NCBI RefSeq assembly: GCF_004010195.1
Contig: NC_057718.1
Span: forward strand, 11,577,186 to 11,641,185
Length of the DNA: 64,000 bases
Reading direction: 5' to 3'
DNA from: Chiloscyllium plagiosum
Taxonomy: Eukaryota
Below the pieces are notes generated by a model. That model worked only from the letters and a program-made list of their open reading frames with translations. It made no database searches and was not told where the DNA came from. Each line of letters starts with the position of its first letter. The stretch's first letter is position 1. Below, piece after piece: positions 12,446-25,389 of this stretch. Made by a program: the position numbers and the translations under genes.

Positions 12446-12737
12446 CGACACACACTCTCTGTCTCACACCCACACTCTCTCTCACACCCACACTCTCTCT
12501 CTCACACACAGTCTCTCTCACACACACTCACACACACACTCTCACCTCTCTCACACACACACTCTCTCACACACAGTCTCTCTCTCACACACACACTCTC
12601 TCACACACAGTCTCTCTCTCACACACACACTCTCTCACACACAGTCTCTCTCTCACACACACACTCTCTCACACACAGTCTCTCTCTCACACACACACTC
12701 TCTCACACACAGTCTCTCTCACACAGACACACACAGA
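12446..12737. repeat. Compound (CA)n/(CT)n microsatellite with ~34-36 bp higher-order unit in intron 1
   Basis: Repeated cacacacacactctctcacacacagtctctctct. Confidence 0.95.
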
Positions 12738-12843
12738 CAAAGCTCGCGTGTACCTTTGTTTTCGAAGCAAAGTTTGTATTTAAAAGAAAGTTGCAGTATT
12801 ATTATTTTTTAAAAGTATGTCATGCGAATAAATATTGTCTCAC

Positions 12844-13035
12844 CTTGCGTCGGAGCTCAGCAGCAACTTTGTCCCGTCTCTCTCTCTCTCCAGTTGTAGC
12901 CCAGTCACTGGTTTGGGGGAGAGGGAAGGGAAGGTGGGAGAAGGGGATGGGGAAAAGTCTTGCTATCCGGACAATGCTGGGACAGCCTGAGCTACTGCTG
13001 TTGCTGCTGCTGTGTGTTCAACAGCGTGTACTGGC
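12844..13035 (-). other. THBS2: Non-coding exon 1 (5' UTR) of the THBS2-like gene; TSS approximate
   Basis: Donor CAAG|GTGAGA after 12844, starts ~30 nt downstream of a TATA box, no upstream ATG. Subgroup A thrombospondins have a non-coding first exon. Confidence 0.7.
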
Positions 13036-13058
13036 GGAATCGTCCCTCCGGCCTGCCC

Positions 13059-13092
13059 TTTATATAGACTGAGGGGAGGCTGCTGTCAATCA
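13059..13092 (-). promoter_or_regulatory. Core promoter: TATA box (TATATAAA, 13059-13066) and PBX-MEIS/PREP decamer TGATTGACAG (13083-13092)
   Basis: Exact motifs on the minus strand, correctly placed upstream of putative exon 1 in CpG-richer, TE-free sequence. Confidence 0.75.
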
Positions 13093-14171
13093 GGCTGGTT
13101 GGGGAGCTGGGGAGGGGGTGGTGGAGGAAATGCAGCTCATTCATTCTTTCAGGACAAGTTACATAATCCGTCTGCCCTGCAGAAACCCCAGGCTTTTCGC
13201 TCCTGCAGCCTCCCCTCCCCCGTGGGTGTGGGGAAATCCAGGCTCCTGTTAACCCTCACCTTCTCCTCTTAACACCCCCCCCCCCCTCCCCTAAACACCT
13301 CATATTAAAAAAAATCCACTCAGTTTTCACTTGGAGTGGAGTGGAGGAGGGACTGAGCTACCCCCAATCCCCCACGCCACACTTACCTCGTCTGTGAAAT
13401 GTAGACAGTCTGATGGATAAGTGTAGCTGTTGTCATATTTTAATATCACAAAAAAAAACATAGCAAGCCGCTCCGGATCGAGCAGAGCACACGGTTTCAC
13501 CACGTGGAGAGAAAAAACAAGTTTAATGTGAGCTCTCCCTTTTGCCTGGGGGATTTTGACGGTGGGTTCAGAGCTATGAACACACACCCTGCTTCTTGGG
13601 TGCCCAGTGGTCACAAATCACCTTGTTCCCCGCGAAAGTGCATTTATTTTGTTTGCTGCTGGCTTGAATAAAAACAAAATCAGTAAAAAAATGTACACAG
13701 CTTGACATCCCAGCGATTTTCCGTCCTCAAAATTACAGCGCTGTCAATGTGAAGGCTGGACTCTCTCCCAGTCTCAGTCCATTTATAAAGCGCTTTACCA
13801 GTCAATGTTTATGTAAGTTAATGTCGTATTAATATAATAGGTTGAAACCCCAAATTTGTGCTCCCCATTCAATAACCGCCGAGCAGAGGCCTTGTAGGTT
13901 GTGTGAATAAATGTTGAAACTGTGCTCCCCCTCCGTTCTCACGCTGTGGTGTGTTTCACCCACACTGGGTTCCTGGAGATCAGTCAATTGGACACTGGGT
14001 TATCTGCATTCCCAGCGATTGTCTCCATTAACGCAGCTACCAATACACCCTCACAGGTCTCCCCCTGATAGAAACAATTCCAAGCCGCTGCGAAATGGGT
14101 TCAGTTTCTTCATTCGTTCGGACAGCTCCTGCTCTGCCTCACGCGCTGACCCTCACCTTAATTAGGGTAAC

Positions 14172-14680
14172 ATCCCGACTGGACTGGCATCCCGACTGGA
14201 TTAATCTATCTACTGGATTAGCACATACAGTGGATTAACTCTTCCACTGGATCAGCATCCCCATTGGGTCCATGTGTTCACTGGATTAACTCTACAATTG
14301 GAAACTCATCTCCACTGGATTCGCCTCTCTACTGGATTAAGTCATCCACTAGATTGCCAGATCCACTGGATTAACTACATAACTGGATAAGCATCTCCAC
14401 TGGAATATTTTACTAACAGGATTAGCATTTCCACCAGATCAGATTATCCACTGAGAATAACATCTGGAATGAATTAACACACCACCTGGATTTCACCTGT
14501 TTTGGATTAATTTGCCTGGATTAACCCCTCTACTGGATTAACATCTTCACTGGATTAGTTTCTCCACTGGATTACCACCCCCTACTGGATTAACCCTTCC
14601 ACTGGATTATCACACTCACTGGTTTCAACACCCTCATTGGATTAACTCATCTACTGGATTATCATCTTCACTGGATGATC
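14172..14680. repeat. Degenerate ~18-20 bp minisatellite with conserved core (C/T)ACTGGATTA
   Basis: Core recurs about every 19 bp with variable spacers; 16 exact GGATTA hexamers counted. Confidence 0.85.
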
Positions 14681-16519
14681 ACCTCTGTTGACCATTGCAC
14701 AAAGTACAGTTGTTTCAAAGTGATAATATAGTTCAATAAGCAGTCAATAATATTTCTCAGTGTAAATCCAGTATCCATCCTGCCCCATTGTATGTATAGG
14801 AATTCCTTCCACTCTGCAGTCTACTTTGACAACTCAAAGTTGTTTATTTATGTAGGTGCTTAAACATTTTGAATCACCCAAACTTTAGAATAAACCAATT
14901 AAAACAACATGCCAATCTGTAAATGTTATATTAATGTATTATTAAATATTTTGCTTGAAGCAACTTTGATGAGACGGGTGTCTGTATAATTCCATTCCTG
15001 CTTCACTTATGTTATAACCTCCAACGTTTGCGGTTTATAAATGAGGAATGACATCGTATCAGGAAATGATCCCTCACAGTGAGGTAAACCTAACTCAGAC
15101 ATACAGAAAATACACAGATGAGGAATTAAAACCCAATCAGTCCTTTCCAAATGTTATGCTTCACTCGATTCAGTTGGCTACTGAGGGCAATTGTTTAATC
15201 ACAAAGAGATCAGCAGTCAAGAGAGCATTGCTTGGTTCAGGGAGTTAACTCTTGTTGAGTGGGAAACAAAACAACTCCTGTTTCTGACTCGAGTGACAGA
15301 ACAGGTTTGGAATGTATTATTTTCTACGCAATCAGCACGTCATATTTGCTGCATCAGGACAATGTTCTGCAAACAGCAGAAACCTCCCACTTTCATATTT
15401 CTGTAATGTCTGGTGTGGGGGAGAGTGGAGGGCAACAAATTCTGTCTGTCAAGGTATGAGGCTGAGGAATTCAACACCTTTCTACGCTTGGCACCCAGCT
15501 CCCAGCATCAAAGCGTCCCATCGTCAGGTACCGCACAGGTCAGGCACCAAACCATTTTCCCTCATTGCATTCCTAGCAACACACCCCAGCAGCACACCAC
15601 ATGCAGTGCCAGTGTGAATGTTACAGTTCCCACAGGAGCGTTCTTTATGAGGTGTATTGCTAGCTCGGTGCCAATTTGTTCTGAATTATGGGATAGTTTC
15701 ACACTGTGGAACTTTGCCCGCGAGGAGGACTGGATGAAGTGTTATGCAGGCTTGTCTTCCTTAAGTTAGCAGGGAAAGAAAATGCTTCAATCCCTCAATA
15801 AAAGAGGGGTGTGAGAACGGACTCAAACGTCTTTGAAATTCTTACACGGTTTGCACAGGTAGATGCAGAGAGGGTATTTTCCCGTGTGTGTGTAGGCGGG
15901 GGGGGGGGGGGGTGGTGGGAACCATAATGACTCTTCACAAATACAAGACGCTAATACATCCTGAACGGAATTCGGGAGAAATGTAAGGCGGAGGCGAGGA
16001 GACATTTATCCAAAGGGTTGTGAAATTTTGAAATTTGCTGCAACAGAAGGCAATGAATTCTCACTGGGTTGAATATAGTCAAGGCAGAAATCAATTGAGT
16101 TTGAGATGCAAAGGGAATTAAGGATTTGGGAATAAAGGGAGGAGGTACAGCTGAGGTAGAAAGATCGACCTTGTTGAATTATGAGATAGGCTTGAAGGGC
16201 CAAATGGCCTCGTCTAGCTCTGGTGTGTGTGCAGTTGTGGCCTCCTTATCATCAGAAAGATATACCCACCACAGAGAGAATCCAGCAGATGTTCACCAGT
16301 TTAATTCCTGAGAGGAAGAGATCATCCTTTGAGGATGGATTAAATAGATGGTTGCCTTTATTTTCTACGTTGAGAAGAATGAGAGATGATCTCGCAGAAG
16401 CAAACAAATTTCTAACAGGGCTTGCCTAAGGTGGATTTAGAATGGTGTGTTCCCCCTGTCTGGGAGCAGAGTCAGTCTAGAATCAGACAACAGAGTCTCA
16501 GAATAGACGTAGGCTATTT

Positions 16520-16803
16520 GGCATGGTGGTTAGCACTGCTGCCTCACAGCACCAGGGTCCCAGGTTTGATTCCAGCCTCGGGTGACTGTCTGTGTAGAGT
16601 TGCACATCCTCCCTGTGTCTGCGTGGGTTTCCTCCGGGTGCTCCGGTTTCCTCCCATAATCACAAAGATGCGTAGGTCAGGTGAATTGGCCATGCTAAAT
16701 TGTCCATAGTTGTTAGTTGCATTAGTCCAAGTGGGGTGGGTTACTCTTTGGAGGGGTGGGTTGGGCCGAAGGGCCTGTTTCCACACTGTAGGGAATCTAA
16801 TCT
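16520..16803 (+). mobile_element. HE1/V-SINE
   Basis: tRNA-like head (tggttagcactgctgcctcacag...ggtttgattcc), V-domain gggtttcctccgggtgctccggtttcctccca, CR1-like tail gggcctgtttccacactgtagggaatctaatct. Confidence 0.9.
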
Positions 16804-18576
16804 GAAACAAAACTGAGATGAGGTAGAATATTGTCTCAGATGGTGGTGAGTCTGTAGCATTCTGTACAACAGAGGACACTGGAGGCTCAGTCATTGAGTG
16901 TATTAAAGACAACTATTGATAGATTTATACATATTAAAAAGGGATATCAGATTGTATAGGAAAATGGCATTAAGACAGAAGATGAGCCATGATTTTATTG
17001 AATAGTGGAGCATACCTTCTCCAACTCTAAGTTCCTTTGTCCTTATTTCTTCTGTTCTCTTGCCTCTTTTTTTATCCCTGAGAAAGTTTAGAATCTGGAA
17101 CTTGGTGCCACATGGAGCAGTGAAGACAAACAGCATAAAGGTGCTTCAGAGAAACTAGACAACATCTACAGGAGAAACGGACTAGGTAGATGGAGTGAGA
17201 CAGGAGGAGGTCCAAGTGGGGGAATAACATTGGCAGAAATCAGTTTGACTAAATTCAAAATATTAACAGGAAAATAAAGGATAAATGAAGATACACTATT
17301 GCCACTGGTTGTCAATTCTAGAACTAGGGGCATAGTCTGAGATTCAGGATCAGACCGTTCAGGAGAGATGTTAGGAAGCACTTCTACATACAAAAGATTG
17401 GAGAGGTTTGGAATTCTCTGGCAGTGAATGTTGGATCAGTTGTTAATTTTAAGCCTGAGATCGATACATCACAGTTAAGCAGAGATAGTAAACCATATGG
17501 GCCAAAGGCAGGTATATGGAGTTAGGTCACAGATCAGCCATGATCTGATTAAAAGTTGGAACAGGCTCAAGGGGCTGAATGGCCTACTCCTGTCCCTATG
17601 AATGGCCCAATTCTGTACTTAAATTCGAAGTAATCCATCAGACTGGGCTAGACTTCAACCTGTGCCCCAGAAGTTAAAAAGAAGGAAGCCAGCAAATAGT
17701 CTGTGACTCAGTTTCCATCTCCACTCATCTATGAAGTCAACCCAGGTTACCCACTCGACAGAATAACACATTCTAGAGCTGACTGGGACATTCTGGCTTA
17801 GACCTGTGTATCATAACCATATGGACCAAGATCAGAATTATGTTCGACTGTGTGAAAAATTAATCACAGCTCCGTGTTACACTTCAGCTGTTTCTACATG
17901 GAGGTAACTTTGAGTTAGTCAGCTTCATAAATAATGATAAGAGATCTTGATGAGAACATTCTGATTACAACTCTCTGTCAGATGAGTTATCTATAAAATG
18001 GCAAAGTGGGAAAAAATTCCATTCGTAAATCCTGTTCTCCTCCTGCTTCTCTCTTTTTAGATCAAGCCAACAATGATTTATCCTGGGTGTCTGAAATATG
18101 AAGCAATAAAATATTTTATCAGCTCCAGCCAATTGTGGCTCCATTAAAGAACATTCTACAGGAAGCCATTTGAGTAAACAGATTCATAATTCTTAGAGCT
18201 CTAGTTCAAAATTTCTCAATCACTATCAGATACGCGTATGAAGTTCAGCTAGCCTTAATGGTACTTTGTTTTCTTTAGCTTTTATGGCAATTGGGTCATT
18301 TACTATTAATATGATGTTAATAAACTACAGTTACTGAGGGTAAACAATAGTGAAAGAAAATAAAGGGGAAAAGTTTCAAAACTTAGCAAAGAAGTTTGTC
18401 TGGGCTTCAAGCGTGACATTGCAAATAGGCCAAGAGCAGAACGTTACTGAATATCAATAGCAGTGTTTAAAATTTGGAAACAGAGAGCACACAGAGTGGT
18501 TGAGTTGCAATAGCAGAGTTATCTTTGGGGGTAAACATGTATGAGATAAATCCATGAAGGAGAAAGAAGTAAGATA

Positions 18577-18752
18577 CAGAGGCGTCCCAATTGTCCAGCA
18601 TTCGGTTATCCGAATTTTGGATGATCCGAACAAGATCGTAAGGTCCCGATGCTTGGCAAAACTCTGTTATCCAGCATTCGCTTATCCGAACATTCGATTA
18701 TCCGAACAAAATACTTCCTGCACGTGCTATTCAGATAATCGAGGTTCCTCTG
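18577..18752. mobile_element. Tc1/mariner (pogo/Tigger-like) MITE
   Basis: TA|CAGAGGcgtcccaattgtcc ... gataatcgaggttCCTCTG|TA: imperfect TIRs, TA target duplication, internal ttatccgaa subrepeats. Confidence 0.8.
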
Positions 18753-18959
18753 TACGTTGATAGGGCGAGGTTAGTGAGGGCAGGAGGGAACTTCTGTGAG
18801 CATAAACAATAGCCTGGACCTGTTGGGCTGAATGTACTGTAAAATGATTTGTAATTCTGCATAATATTAACAAAACAACCAACATTGCAAGTTCTTTGAC
18901 AGAGTTATTCAATTAGTCTACCCCCCTGCACATTCCTTCGATTTCTCCTCTACACTTTT

Positions 18960-19270
18960 CTTTATTTGTTCGTGGAATGAGGGCATCACTGGCAAAGCTA
19001 GCACTTATTGCCAATCCTAATTGTCTTTGAACCAAATGGCTTGCTAAGCATTTCAGAGGGCAGTTAAGAGTCAACCACACTACTGTGGGTCTGGAGTTAT
19101 ATACCAGCCAGATGAGGTAAGGACAGCAGATTACCTCCTCAAAAAGACTTAAGTGAACCAGATGTTTTTTTTTAAACACCAATCACAATCATGACTAATT
19201 TTGCATTTAGGATTTAGTAATTGGATTGATGTCCCATCAATTCCCCGATCGGATTTGAACCCACGTCTCT
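18960..19270 (-). mobile_element. Abundant shark SINE-like repeat (other copies ~5270-5640, 25500-25720, 38620-38950, 50530-50680, 51190-51545, 61905-62240)
   Basis: Shared core catttcagagggcagttaagagtcaaccaca...gtgggtctggagt...ggtaagga..gcagatt in many copies on both strands; exact family not determined. Confidence 0.7.
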
Positions 19271-19799
19271 GGAGAGGACAATTTTGTTCTCAATATGCAA
19301 TTCCCTTTTGAATATTATGATTGAAGGTCCTCCTGTTACCCTTTCAGGAAGTGCACCCCTGATCATCACCATTCACTCGGCAAAAAATCTATTCGTTAAA
19401 CTATTGCTCCTTCCCATTACTCACCCTGATTTTTATTGTCAATTACTCATGACCTTGGGTTACCAACTCACCTGTCAATGGAAACAGTTTCTCCATTTCT
19501 TCTTCATGAAAGTCCAATGTAATTTTGAATGTTTCTATGATAACTCTATCTAGCTTCTCTCCTTCAAGGAGAACAAACCCAGCTTCTTCTGTCAAGAAAG
19601 AGTGGATGCTGCGCTATGTTCTGGTCCTGTCCGCTGTCACAATGCCAGACAGTGTTAACTGAAATGTCTTGGATCAATTCACTGCCAACAACCTTCTTAT
19701 TGATATCAGTCTATGTTACTGATATCAGATGAGGAGTGATACCCGAACAGTGTCTTTGGCAGAAGAGAGGCTCAATTGTCATGAGCAGAATAGGTTTGT

Positions 19800-20060
19800 T
19801 ACAGCTCTCTTAATATTGCTGAGAAAGGGCACATTCTGTCAAATTTAGTTTTTGTCTTGTATTCCTCAGGACAATTCACAAAAACAGCAATAAAGAGGAA
19901 AACTAGCAGTTATATTGAGAGAGAGGAAGTTGGCAAGTGAACTCTATACAGTAGACGTGTTACCATTGAGTGTGCACCAGTTAATGATGATTGACTGTTA
20001 ATTGCCAGGTTTTGTTTAGATTTCAAACCAGGCACGTTGACACTGATTGGTCTGAAAAAT
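19800..20060 (-). mobile_element. Penelope-type terminal repeat remnant (family D) with degenerate hammerhead at 19837-19873
   Basis: Homologous, inverted, to 21870-22115. Minus strand reads TGTC CTGAGGA ATACAAGAC AAAA...GACA (stem I TGTC/GACA). Confidence 0.6.
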
Positions 20061-21869
20061 GATCCTATTTTATTGAATTGATGCACATGTGAAGACAGGG
20101 ATTGTTGGCATTTAGTGACAGAGCAATAATACTGCAACCTGCTTTATTTCAGTTGGATACAAAGTCAAAATAAAAGCAGAATGCTAGAAATCTTATATAT
20201 TGAATAAAAAACATGAAACGTTGGGAGCACTCAACAGGCCCTGCAGCATTTAAAAGAGACAAGTTTCTATTTCAGGCAGGAAATTCCTTTGGATATAATT
20301 ATACTTGGGATACCCAAAGGATGTGCTTCTTTGACAATAGTTTCTGTTTCAATGTCCTTTTATTACACATTAGGAATAACAATGAGTATCTGGAGAGATA
20401 AATAATGTTCATTCTCTTGATAGGCTGTCTCAGTTGCAAATTGACCCCTTTCTGTCATGTTGAACTGAGAAGGATAGAATGAATGCGTAATCCCACATTT
20501 AATTGCCAAGAGGTTAAATCATTTTATAGACGCTGCACTTAAGTGATAATGACACTAGAAGTGAGACTGCACTTGTGACCTGAACTGTTGACCTCCTGCT
20601 GAACAGCACTGGCTAACCAGTGCTCGTGAAACATTGCATAGAAATTTCCTGGATGATCAGCTGCTTACAGACCCTTTGCACCAATACTTGTGTCACGGTC
20701 TATATAAATGAGGATACCCAGGAATATTGGGTGATGGATGAAGCACTTTTGTCTTAAAGATGTCACAGTCAAATTGAGGAAGCTGTGGGCCACAGTTTAT
20801 TGCTTTGTTTCGGTGACATTAGTGATAATCTGCAGTTGACAGCAAGCTGTCTTTAGTGTAACTTGGAGGTAAACATGTATGAGTTGCTCTTTTTTCACAA
20901 AGGTGCTAATCTGACATTTCCAGCGGTACATTTCACATAAAGAACATGTTATTAATATTATCTGAGTGTTAGGCAGCGTGCGCTTCCATCCAAGGAGAAG
21001 GCTAGGGACTAACCACAGAGCTGTCTGGCAGCAATAAAATGAGGACCATATTTATTTCCCCACCATAGCGATGATTTATTGTTAAGAGGATAGTGAACAT
21101 TCTTTAGCTTTACCACATTCCCCACACTTCTTAAAATTTCCTGGTATTCTGGTGAATCAAATATTTCTCAAACATGGACTGTGTTTAATTGTCTAATGGC
21201 TAGATTCCCAATCCAGTGGGACAACATGTAAAAATTGGTAATGACTCCAATGTCTTGTACATTTGAAAGGAGAAATCTGGTATGAGCAGTACATCATTTC
21301 CATGTATTATTGTGTTTTTTAAACTGTCTTCTCCATCTCAGTATGAGGTTACTGTAACACTGAGAATACGATTATGTTCTCCTGGTCCAAAGACCAGGTT
21401 TGCCTAGAAATAGCGAAAACGTTAAAGCTACCATACATATTTATCAATTTTTCACAAAGTGTTGTGTATCCTATTTTGCGTGAAATTTCAGAATTGTTTG
21501 ATTGTCGGACTCATCGTATAACCTATGTCTGGTTGTTTGTATCAAATATCTTGTCTCTCCAGCTGTTCACCACAAGCAACTGTACCCAACCAATCTGAGC
21601 TCACACAACTCACAAAAGTGTGTCTAATTTTGATTGTGATTCTGCAAACATGCAACATTTTCTGATTAGTGCTGAAAGTGTAAGGTATTACACTGGCAAC
21701 CAGTTTAAGATTGTCAGTTAGGCTCATGTATATACTTGTGTGTACTGGACGCTTACTACATTAATGCACAGCGCCTCACTCTTTACAGACAGAGAGAATA
21801 TGTTGTAAGCATTACCTTGTTACAACTCAACAAAATAGGGATGGTTGTTTGCTGTTCTTGTGTCAGACC

Positions 21870-22115
21870 AGTCAGAGACAAGGTGCCAGGTTTAAAATTT
21901 AAACAAAACTTGGCACTTAGTTGTCAATTAGTGCTAATGGTAAATGCTCCATGGTGACAGCTCAATCAGAGTCCACTAGTTTACCAATCAGCACGCTTCT
22001 CTCATGCTGTGTAAGTGTTGGTTTCCCCCTCAGATTGGTTTTCTTGTGAATTGTCCTGATGAGTGCAACCAATAAGCTTCACCGAAATGTGTCTTTTATC
22101 AGCAATACCTAAGTT
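21870..22115 (+). mobile_element. Penelope-type terminal repeat remnant (family D) with degenerate hammerhead near 22052-22085
   Basis: gtgccaggtttaaaatttaaacaaaacttggca...gtgaattgtcCTGATGAgtgcaa...aagcttc; homologous to 19800-20060. Confidence 0.6.
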
Positions 22116-22229
22116 CAGTATTGCCAAATAAGTGTAAATATTAAGGGGTTTAGCATCTATGAAAATGGATATAGTATTCGGCCCAGACAGCATGTCTCTG
22201 CTTGAAGAAGGGGCTGAGGTAGCACAGAC

Positions 22230-24562
22230 TTTGACCATCACTTTCTAATCCTCTCTAGAAACAGGTGTGATATAGGAAACCACTAACCTGTGCTATTGTT
22301 TAAAGAGGGAATCAAGAATAGATCGAAAAATCACAGGCCTGTCAATCTAACCCTGTTTTCATTTAGAGTGACACTGATTAATCTAGGAAAATCTCATAGA
22401 AGTGTTTAGGCAATGGTGGGGTCTGACCAGTTTTAATTACATTTTCTTTGATGAGATTACAATGGGATCCATGAGGAGAGCAGGTTCGATTTCAGGAAAT
22501 CTCTTAACAAGGTCATGATGTAGTCTGGTCCAGCAATAAAGTTTCAACTCTGGTCAAAACCCATCCCATCCAAAAGTGAGTAAGAAACTGGATCTAAAAT
22601 TAGGGAGCAATGGATAATAGTTAACAAGTGTTCTTTTTTGCTGTTTACTGAGTGGATGTACAGAATACCGGGTCCTAAAAGTTTTACGTGTTTGTGTCAT
22701 GATTTTACTTCAATGTACCAGTAAGATGCTCTCAGGTAATACAGAACTTGATAGAGAAAAAGAAAGTTGCGTGATTGCAGAAAGATATCAGTGACCTAGT
22801 CAGATAGACAGAATGATGACAAATGGATTCACCTTGAACAAGTGTGAAGTAACCCACCTGGGGAAGGTTATCAATACCTAGTGAATGGTAATATACTAAG
22901 GGGCATAACGGAATGGAGGAAGCTAGGAATATGTGGGCATAGATTCGTAAAGATTGGAGGACAGATATGGTGGTCAAGGAAGAACACAGTATATTTGCCT
23001 TTATAAGTCCAGATATAGAACATAAGATGGATTGGAAGGCCCTTGTGACACAGGGGCAATATCCATATCTGTGAGCCAGGAGGCCCGGGTTCAAATCCCA
23101 CCTGCTCCAGAGGTACAGAAAAACATCTCTGAGCAGATCAATTAGCAATATTTATGAGGTAGTTTGAGGGGGGCGGTGTCGGGGTTGGTGAGCTTGGATT
23201 CCTAGATGTAGTTCTGAATAATGCCAACACAAGTGGGTCAATTCTCATTCCAGTTAAGGTGAACCTGGGACCTACCAGCTCACTGTGGCCATGAGAGTGG
23301 AAGGTAATGGGGAAAATAAGCACCACTGACTAACGCTGCTAAGAAAACAGCTCGGGATGAAGCATCAGCAAACAATGAACCAAGGGCCTGTCTGTGGGGA
23401 TGACACGAGTAAATAAACAAGAAAACAGGAGCAGGGAGGTTACAAGAATGTAGGAACACGGAGGTCGTTGTAGAACAATATCATAATTAGACAATACCAG
23501 GGAGAATGCGTGCAGTTTAGTTCACCACATTACACGAAGGATGTGATCACACGAAGGGAAAATTGACAGGAATGCAGAGTTGTGGTAATGAGAAAAGATT
23601 GGGTAGGTTAGAAATGTTTTCTATGGAACAGAGGAAGTTGAAGGAACATTTAATTGAAGTGTATATGGGGCATGGTTGGAGGAATAAAGGACCAATTTGC
23701 TTCAGCAGGGAGCTCAGTAACTGAGGGCATGATATAAAGTTTACAGAAAGCTTAGAGGGAAGTTGAGGGACTCTTTTTCACCCAGAGGGTGGTGGAGATC
23801 CAGAACTCATTGTTTAAAAGGATGGATGTGGACATGTTGTTTCTCCTTGTGGGAGAGTCTAAGACCAGAGAGCACAATCTCAGAATAAGGGGCTGTATAT
23901 TTCAGACAGAGATGAGGAAGAATTTCTTTTTTCTCTGAGGGTAGTGAATCTGTGGAATTCTTTATCACAGACGGCTGTCAAGGCTGGGTCATTAAGTATA
24001 TTCAAGGCTGAGTTAAATCAGTAAAAGGGATTCAAGGGGTATACAGTCATAGGGCCATATGGAATGGAAACAGACCCTTTGGTCCAACTAGTCCACACTG
24101 ACCATGTCCCCAAACTAAATAGTCCTGCTATTGGTGTACGAACATAGGAAACCTAACTGCAAAGGAACATTTTATTAGCTTTTATTAATAGAGGGTTCGA
24201 GTTCCGGAACCATGAGGATATGCTGCAGCTGTACAAAACTCTGGTGTGGCTGCACTTGGAGTATTGTGTACAGTTCTGGTCACCGGCGAGCACGAGGGGG
24301 CATAGCTTTAAATTGAGGGGTGATAGATACAGGACAGATGTCAGAGGTAGTTTCTTTACTCAGAGAGTAATAAGGGTATAGAATGCTTTGCCTGCAACGG
24401 TAGTAGATTTGCCAACTTTAAGTACATTTAAGTCATCATTGCACAAGCATATGGATGCACATGGAATAGTGTAGGTTAGATGGGCTTCAGGTTGGTATGA
24501 CAGGGCGGCACAACATCGAGGGCCGAAGGGCCTAGACTGCGCTGTAATGTTCTATGTTCTAT
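22230..24562 (+). mobile_element. Cluster of degenerate CR1 fragments with interspersed SINE pieces
   Basis: RT and 3' motifs (tacaaaactctggtg...ttggagtattgtgtacagttctggtcacc; tttttcacccagagggtggt); tail tgttctatgttctat ends at ~24562. Confidence 0.75.
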
Positions 24563-25389
24563 CGATTATTGTTGAACATCAAAATAGAGCCACTACTCAT
24601 GGCACCCATAAGCTAGCTCTAGCCCAGGACAGATAGTTCCACAGACCCAGCCCTGAATCTGCTTTACAAAGGGCTTAGGTGATGAGTTCAAGCCAGACAG
24701 ACAGGTTACCAAGGGAACTCATACACATGAGCTTCATGAGGAGATTAATTAGTGATTCCCCATGGGCCTTGTAGGGGTTACCACATGGGAAAACACAGGA
24801 AAGTGGAGTTGTGAATTTTCAGAGCAACCGTGTTCTTATCGAATGGTGGAGCAGACTAGATGGGCTGAATGGCCTTCCTCTGCTACTGCATCTTATAATC
24901 TTATTCTGGATCATAAATGTTTATTGTATTTTTTAAAACAAATCTTCTTCGATGCTCCCCACCCCTTGGATTTTTTTGACAAATTATTTTGACAAATCTA
25001 TGTTCCATGTATATCGACCTGTCCCACAGTGGAAAATAATCTCTTTATCTATTTTGTAAAGTCCCACAGAAACTGGAACACCTCTATCATATTTCCTTTA
25101 AAGCCCCTTTACTTTAAGGAGAACAATACCAACATCTATTTTCGAAGTCAAAGAAACAACTATGCAGAAAATCCTTCCTCTATTCTCAAGTCACAAGGCT
25201 TGCTTTCCAAGTGAAGATATATGTGGCAAAACGTTCATCACTTTCTGGCAATAAATCTCTTATAGACCCAACTTCGATCTCACAGTACAAAGGAATTTTT
25301 ATTTTCTTGATTATTTTTGCAGGATGCTGCTCATTGTTAAATTTCCTTGAACGGAACAAGTGATTTGCTAGAGCAGAGAAAGCAGGCTC

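Noticed and set aside
12367..13072. His/Thr/Ser/Leu-rich ORFs
   Set aside because: Translation of the CA/CT microsatellite in intron 1.
14172..14680. CRISPR-like repeat-spacer appearance
   Set aside because: Vertebrate DNA, core only ~9 bp, spacers ~10 bp and related to each other, no cas genes.
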